This document shows, in pieces, positions 23,790-26,026 of a DNA stretch of 26,026 bases (its first letter is position 1; every line of letters starts with the position of its first letter). The notes beneath the pieces are model-generated. The model searched no databases and was not told where the DNA came from. It worked only from the letters and a program-made list of their open reading frames with translations. The position numbers and the translations under genes were made by a program. This DNA is from a virus (lineage: Duplodnaviria > Caudoviricetes): IMG/VR virus record IMGVR_UViG_3300011334_000314, positions 1 to 26,026 of that record; one strand, 5' to 3'.

Positions 23790-23800
23790 AACTAAAAATT

Positions 23801-24031
23801 ATGACAAAGAAACAAAGTAGTATAGATTGGTTGGTTGAGCAGTTAATACCAAATGCAATGAGAATGTTTGATGCAACAACTTGCAATGCTATTGAACAAG
23901 CCAAAGCAATGCACAAGGAGGAAATTAAAGATGCTCATTTTGATGGTCAATGTGATAAAACAGAGGGTTATCTAATCGTGATAGCTGAACATTACTATAA
24001 CGAAATATTTGGAGGGGAAAAACAATGTTAA
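23801..24031 (+). CDS. Conserved phage hypothetical protein (probable start MTKKQSSIDWL at 23801)
   Basis: DWLVEQL, EQAKAMHKEEIKDA and AEHYYNE.F motifs common in Bacteroidota phages. Confidence 0.75.
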   Translation: MTKKQSSIDWLVEQLIPNAMRMFDATTCNAIEQAKAMHKEEIKDAHFDGQCDKTEGYLIVIAEHYYNEIFGGEKQC

Positions 24032-24450
24032 TACTACAACTAAAAAAGAGAATCGAAATTCTCGAAGCAAAGGTTCAAGAACAGGAACAAAAGATAAACG
24101 ACATTTTAAATAAGTTGTCCGAAAAGGCAACAAGTCCTTCTCTTGTTCCTGCAAAGAAACAAGCGTTCAAAAAACCAACTGTTGTTGAGATATACGACTA
24201 CGCTTGTGAGCGATTGAGCAACGACGACGCGATTAAATTTACCGAGAAATTCCACGCGCACTACGAAGCCAACGGTTGGAAGGTAGGACGCAACGCGATG
24301 AAAGACTGGAAGGCGGCTGTTAGAAAGTGGGACTTAACTACCTTTGACACATCAAAAACAAACCAACAAACTAAAATCAAAAATGGAAAATTCGATTCCG
24401 ATGCTGCGCAACGCATCTACAACGACGCTCACAACTACACAAAGGATTGA
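24025..24450 (+). CDS. Replication initiator C-terminal-domain protein with N-terminal coiled coil
   Basis: FKKPT..EI, F..HYEANGWKVGRN.MKDWKAAVR.W motif of phage replisome organisers. Confidence 0.75.
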   Translation: MLILQLKKRIEILEAKVQEQEQKINDILNKLSEKATSPSLVPAKKQAFKKPTVVEIYDYACERLSNDDAIKFTEKFHAHYEANGWKVGRNAMKDWKAAVRKWDLTTFDTSKTNQQTKIKNGKFDSDAAQRIYNDAHNYTKD

Positions 24451-25138
24451 CAAAGCCGAACGCGAGAGCGCGTTTGTTGCCGACTACGACTTACCAACGT
24501 TCGTTAAACTTTGCTCGAAGGTTTGCGCTATGTATGGCATAGCACTTCCAGAGGCGCAACTGTTGCAAATGTTGCACGAGTTCATTGTCAAACACTTTCG
24601 GTGGGTTACATTCGAACACTTCAATCTTGCGTTTGAAATGAACGCGGCAAACGAACTGTCAAAGAAATGCGAACACTTCGGTGCTTTGAGCGTGTCTTTT
24701 ATAGGCGACGTGTTGACTTGCTACAAACCACACCGCGACAAAGCAAACCTACAAATTCAGAGAGAAATAGCGGAAGCAATAGAGGAAAAATCACAACAAA
24801 TAAAAGAGAACGAAATGGCGGTAAACGATGACAGTTGGAGAAGAATGCTTCAAGAAGACGTTGAGAGCTTCAAACAAAGCAAATACACGACGTTAGAACT
24901 ACGAGGGGTGTCAATGATGCGTTGGCTTGAAGAAAGTAAAAGGATAACCGCTGAAACGTTCACAGACGACGAATACAAACTTTGTAAAGCGAAGGCGAGA
25001 AAGACTGTTTTTAACGAACAACAACTTTCGAAAGGAATGGTTGAGCGAATGAGCGACCGCAAACGTCAACTCGTAAAGGAATCTATCCAGTTCGAAGGGT
25101 TGCGCGAATTGTATAAACTTTATTTGAGTAAGCAATAA
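24383..25138 (+). CDS. Putative helicase loader / replication protein (probable start MENSIP at 24383)
   Basis: Overlaps the initiator-domain gene as in O/P-type pairs; F.LAFEM, S..FIGDVL..Y motifs. Confidence 0.5.
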   Translation: MENSIPMLRNASTTTLTTTQRIDKAERESAFVADYDLPTFVKLCSKVCAMYGIALPEAQLLQMLHEFIVKHFRWVTFEHFNLAFEMNAANELSKKCEHFGALSVSFIGDVLTCYKPHRDKANLQIQREIAEAIEEKSQQIKENEMAVNDDSWRRMLQEDVESFKQSKYTTLELRGVSMMRWLEESKRITAETFTDDEYKLCKAKARKTVFNEQQLSKGMVERMSDRKRQLVKESIQFEGLRELYKLYLSKQ

Positions 25139-26026
25139 TGCAACCTTACAAACCAACATACCTGCCGCGTCAAGTTGAAGCGTTGAACTTTCTGAACACC
25201 GATAGTATCGTTGAACAGTTGTTATACGGTGGCGCGGCAGGGGGTGGCAAGACGAAGTTCGGTTGTATGTGGCAGATACAACGTCGTTTGAAGTACGCTG
25301 GAACACGTTCTTTAATTGGACGAAGCAAATTAGACACGCTTAAAAAGACTACGTTAAACACCTTCTTTGAAACGGCTGAGGAGTTTGGATTGATAGCGAA
25401 TAAACATTATACTTTCAACGGTCAATCCAACGTGATTAAGTTCTTCAACGGAAGTGAAATAGTGCTAAAAGATTTGTTTGCTTACCCCTCAGATGTAAAT
25501 TTTAACAGCCTCGGGTCGCTCGAAATTACTGATTATTTTATAGACGAATGTTCCGAAGTAACCGAAAAGGCGGTCAGCATTGTTCACTCGCGCTGTCGTT
25601 TTAAGTTGAACGAATACGGTCTTATTCCGAAAGGTTTCTTGTCGTGTAACCCTGCGAAGGGTTGGCTTTATAATGAGTTCTACATTAAGAACAACAGGAA
25701 CGAATTACCTTCACACAGAGCATTTGTCCAAGCGTTACCGCAAGACAACCCCTTCCTTCCTGTTGCTTATATTGAATCGTTGCGAAGACTTCCAGAGTAC
25801 GACCGCAAAAGACTTTTAGAAGGCAATTGGGAGTTCGACGACGACAGCGACAAGTTGTTCTCAACGGACAACTTACTCCGTATGTTCCGCAACGAACTGA
25901 TTGAAGGAAAGAAATATATCACAGCCGACATAGCGCGGTTTGGAAAGGACAGGACGATTATTTGCGTTTGGAATGGGTTAACACTTATTGAACTAATTGA
26001 ACTCAATCGTGCAGCGTTGGACGAAG
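25138..26026 (+). CDS. terL: Terminase large subunit (3' end beyond window; not in ORF track)
   Basis: Manual translation MQPYKPTYLPRQ..; Walker A YGGAAGGGKT, Walker B YFIDE, coupling motif SCNP, DNPFL, RLLEGNW, nuclease motif TADIARFGKD. Confidence 0.95.
   Translation, partial: MQPYKPTYLPRQVEALNFLNTDSIVEQLLYGGAAGGGKTKFGCMWQIQRRLKYAGTRSLIGRSKLDTLKKTTLNTFFETAEEFGLIANKHYTFNGQSNVIKFFNGSEIVLKDLFAYPSDVNFNSLGSLEITDYFIDECSEVTEKAVSIVHSRCRFKLNEYGLIPKGFLSCNPAKGWLYNEFYIKNNRNELPSHRAFVQALPQDNPFLPVAYIESLRRLPEYDRKRLLEGNWEFDDDSDKLFSTDNLLRMFRNELIEGKKYITADIARFGKDRTIICVWNGLTLIELIELNRAALDE

Noticed and set aside
21277-26006. Minus-strand ORFs in the right arm (e.g. 22239..22514, 24911..25306, 25767..26006)
   Set aside because: Shadows of plus-strand genes, including terL, which the ORF track missed because it has no stop in the window
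1-26026. tRNA genes, integrase/att site, stop-codon reassignment
   Set aside because: No cloverleaf or integrase recognised; genes translate full length under the standard bacterial code. Lifestyle cannot be decided from this window
1-26026. Possible avoidance of restriction sites such as GGCC
   Set aside because: Impression only; it needs k-mer observed/expected counts that I cannot do reliably by eye

Overview
A 26 kb segment of a tailed dsDNA phage (siphovirus-type, non-contractile tail) that almost certainly infects a Bacteroidota host. Evidence for the host: canonical TTG-N19-TAnnTTTG promoters and A-rich translation starts without Shine-Dalgarno sites. The window has two divergent arms. 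The minus-strand arm (about 20307 down to 174) carries a VRR-NUC nuclease, an ECF-like sigma factor, a Cys-rich protein, a 400-bp structured non-coding region, a ParB-methyltransferase, terminase small subunit, a frameshifting tail chaperone, tail genes, tape measure, prohead protease, scaffold, major capsid, tail tube, portal, head-tail adaptor, endolysin and a holin-like gene. The plus-strand arm (20418 to the end) carries small early genes, an SSB-like protein, an HTH protein, a DnaA-C-domain protein, replication proteins and, unusually, the terminase large subunit, which is cut by the window end. The strongest candidates for something undescribed are: an A10 slippery run at the portal core/extension junction that would give short and long portals; host-type promoters driving short structured RNAs, one antisense to A-rich early-gene translation starts and one a pseudoknot/terminator switch; a 51-aa protein ending like the redox tail of ribonucleotide reductase; and a tail-terminator-like domain fused to a fibre/lectin. 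All product calls come from motif recognition and gene context, not from database searches.
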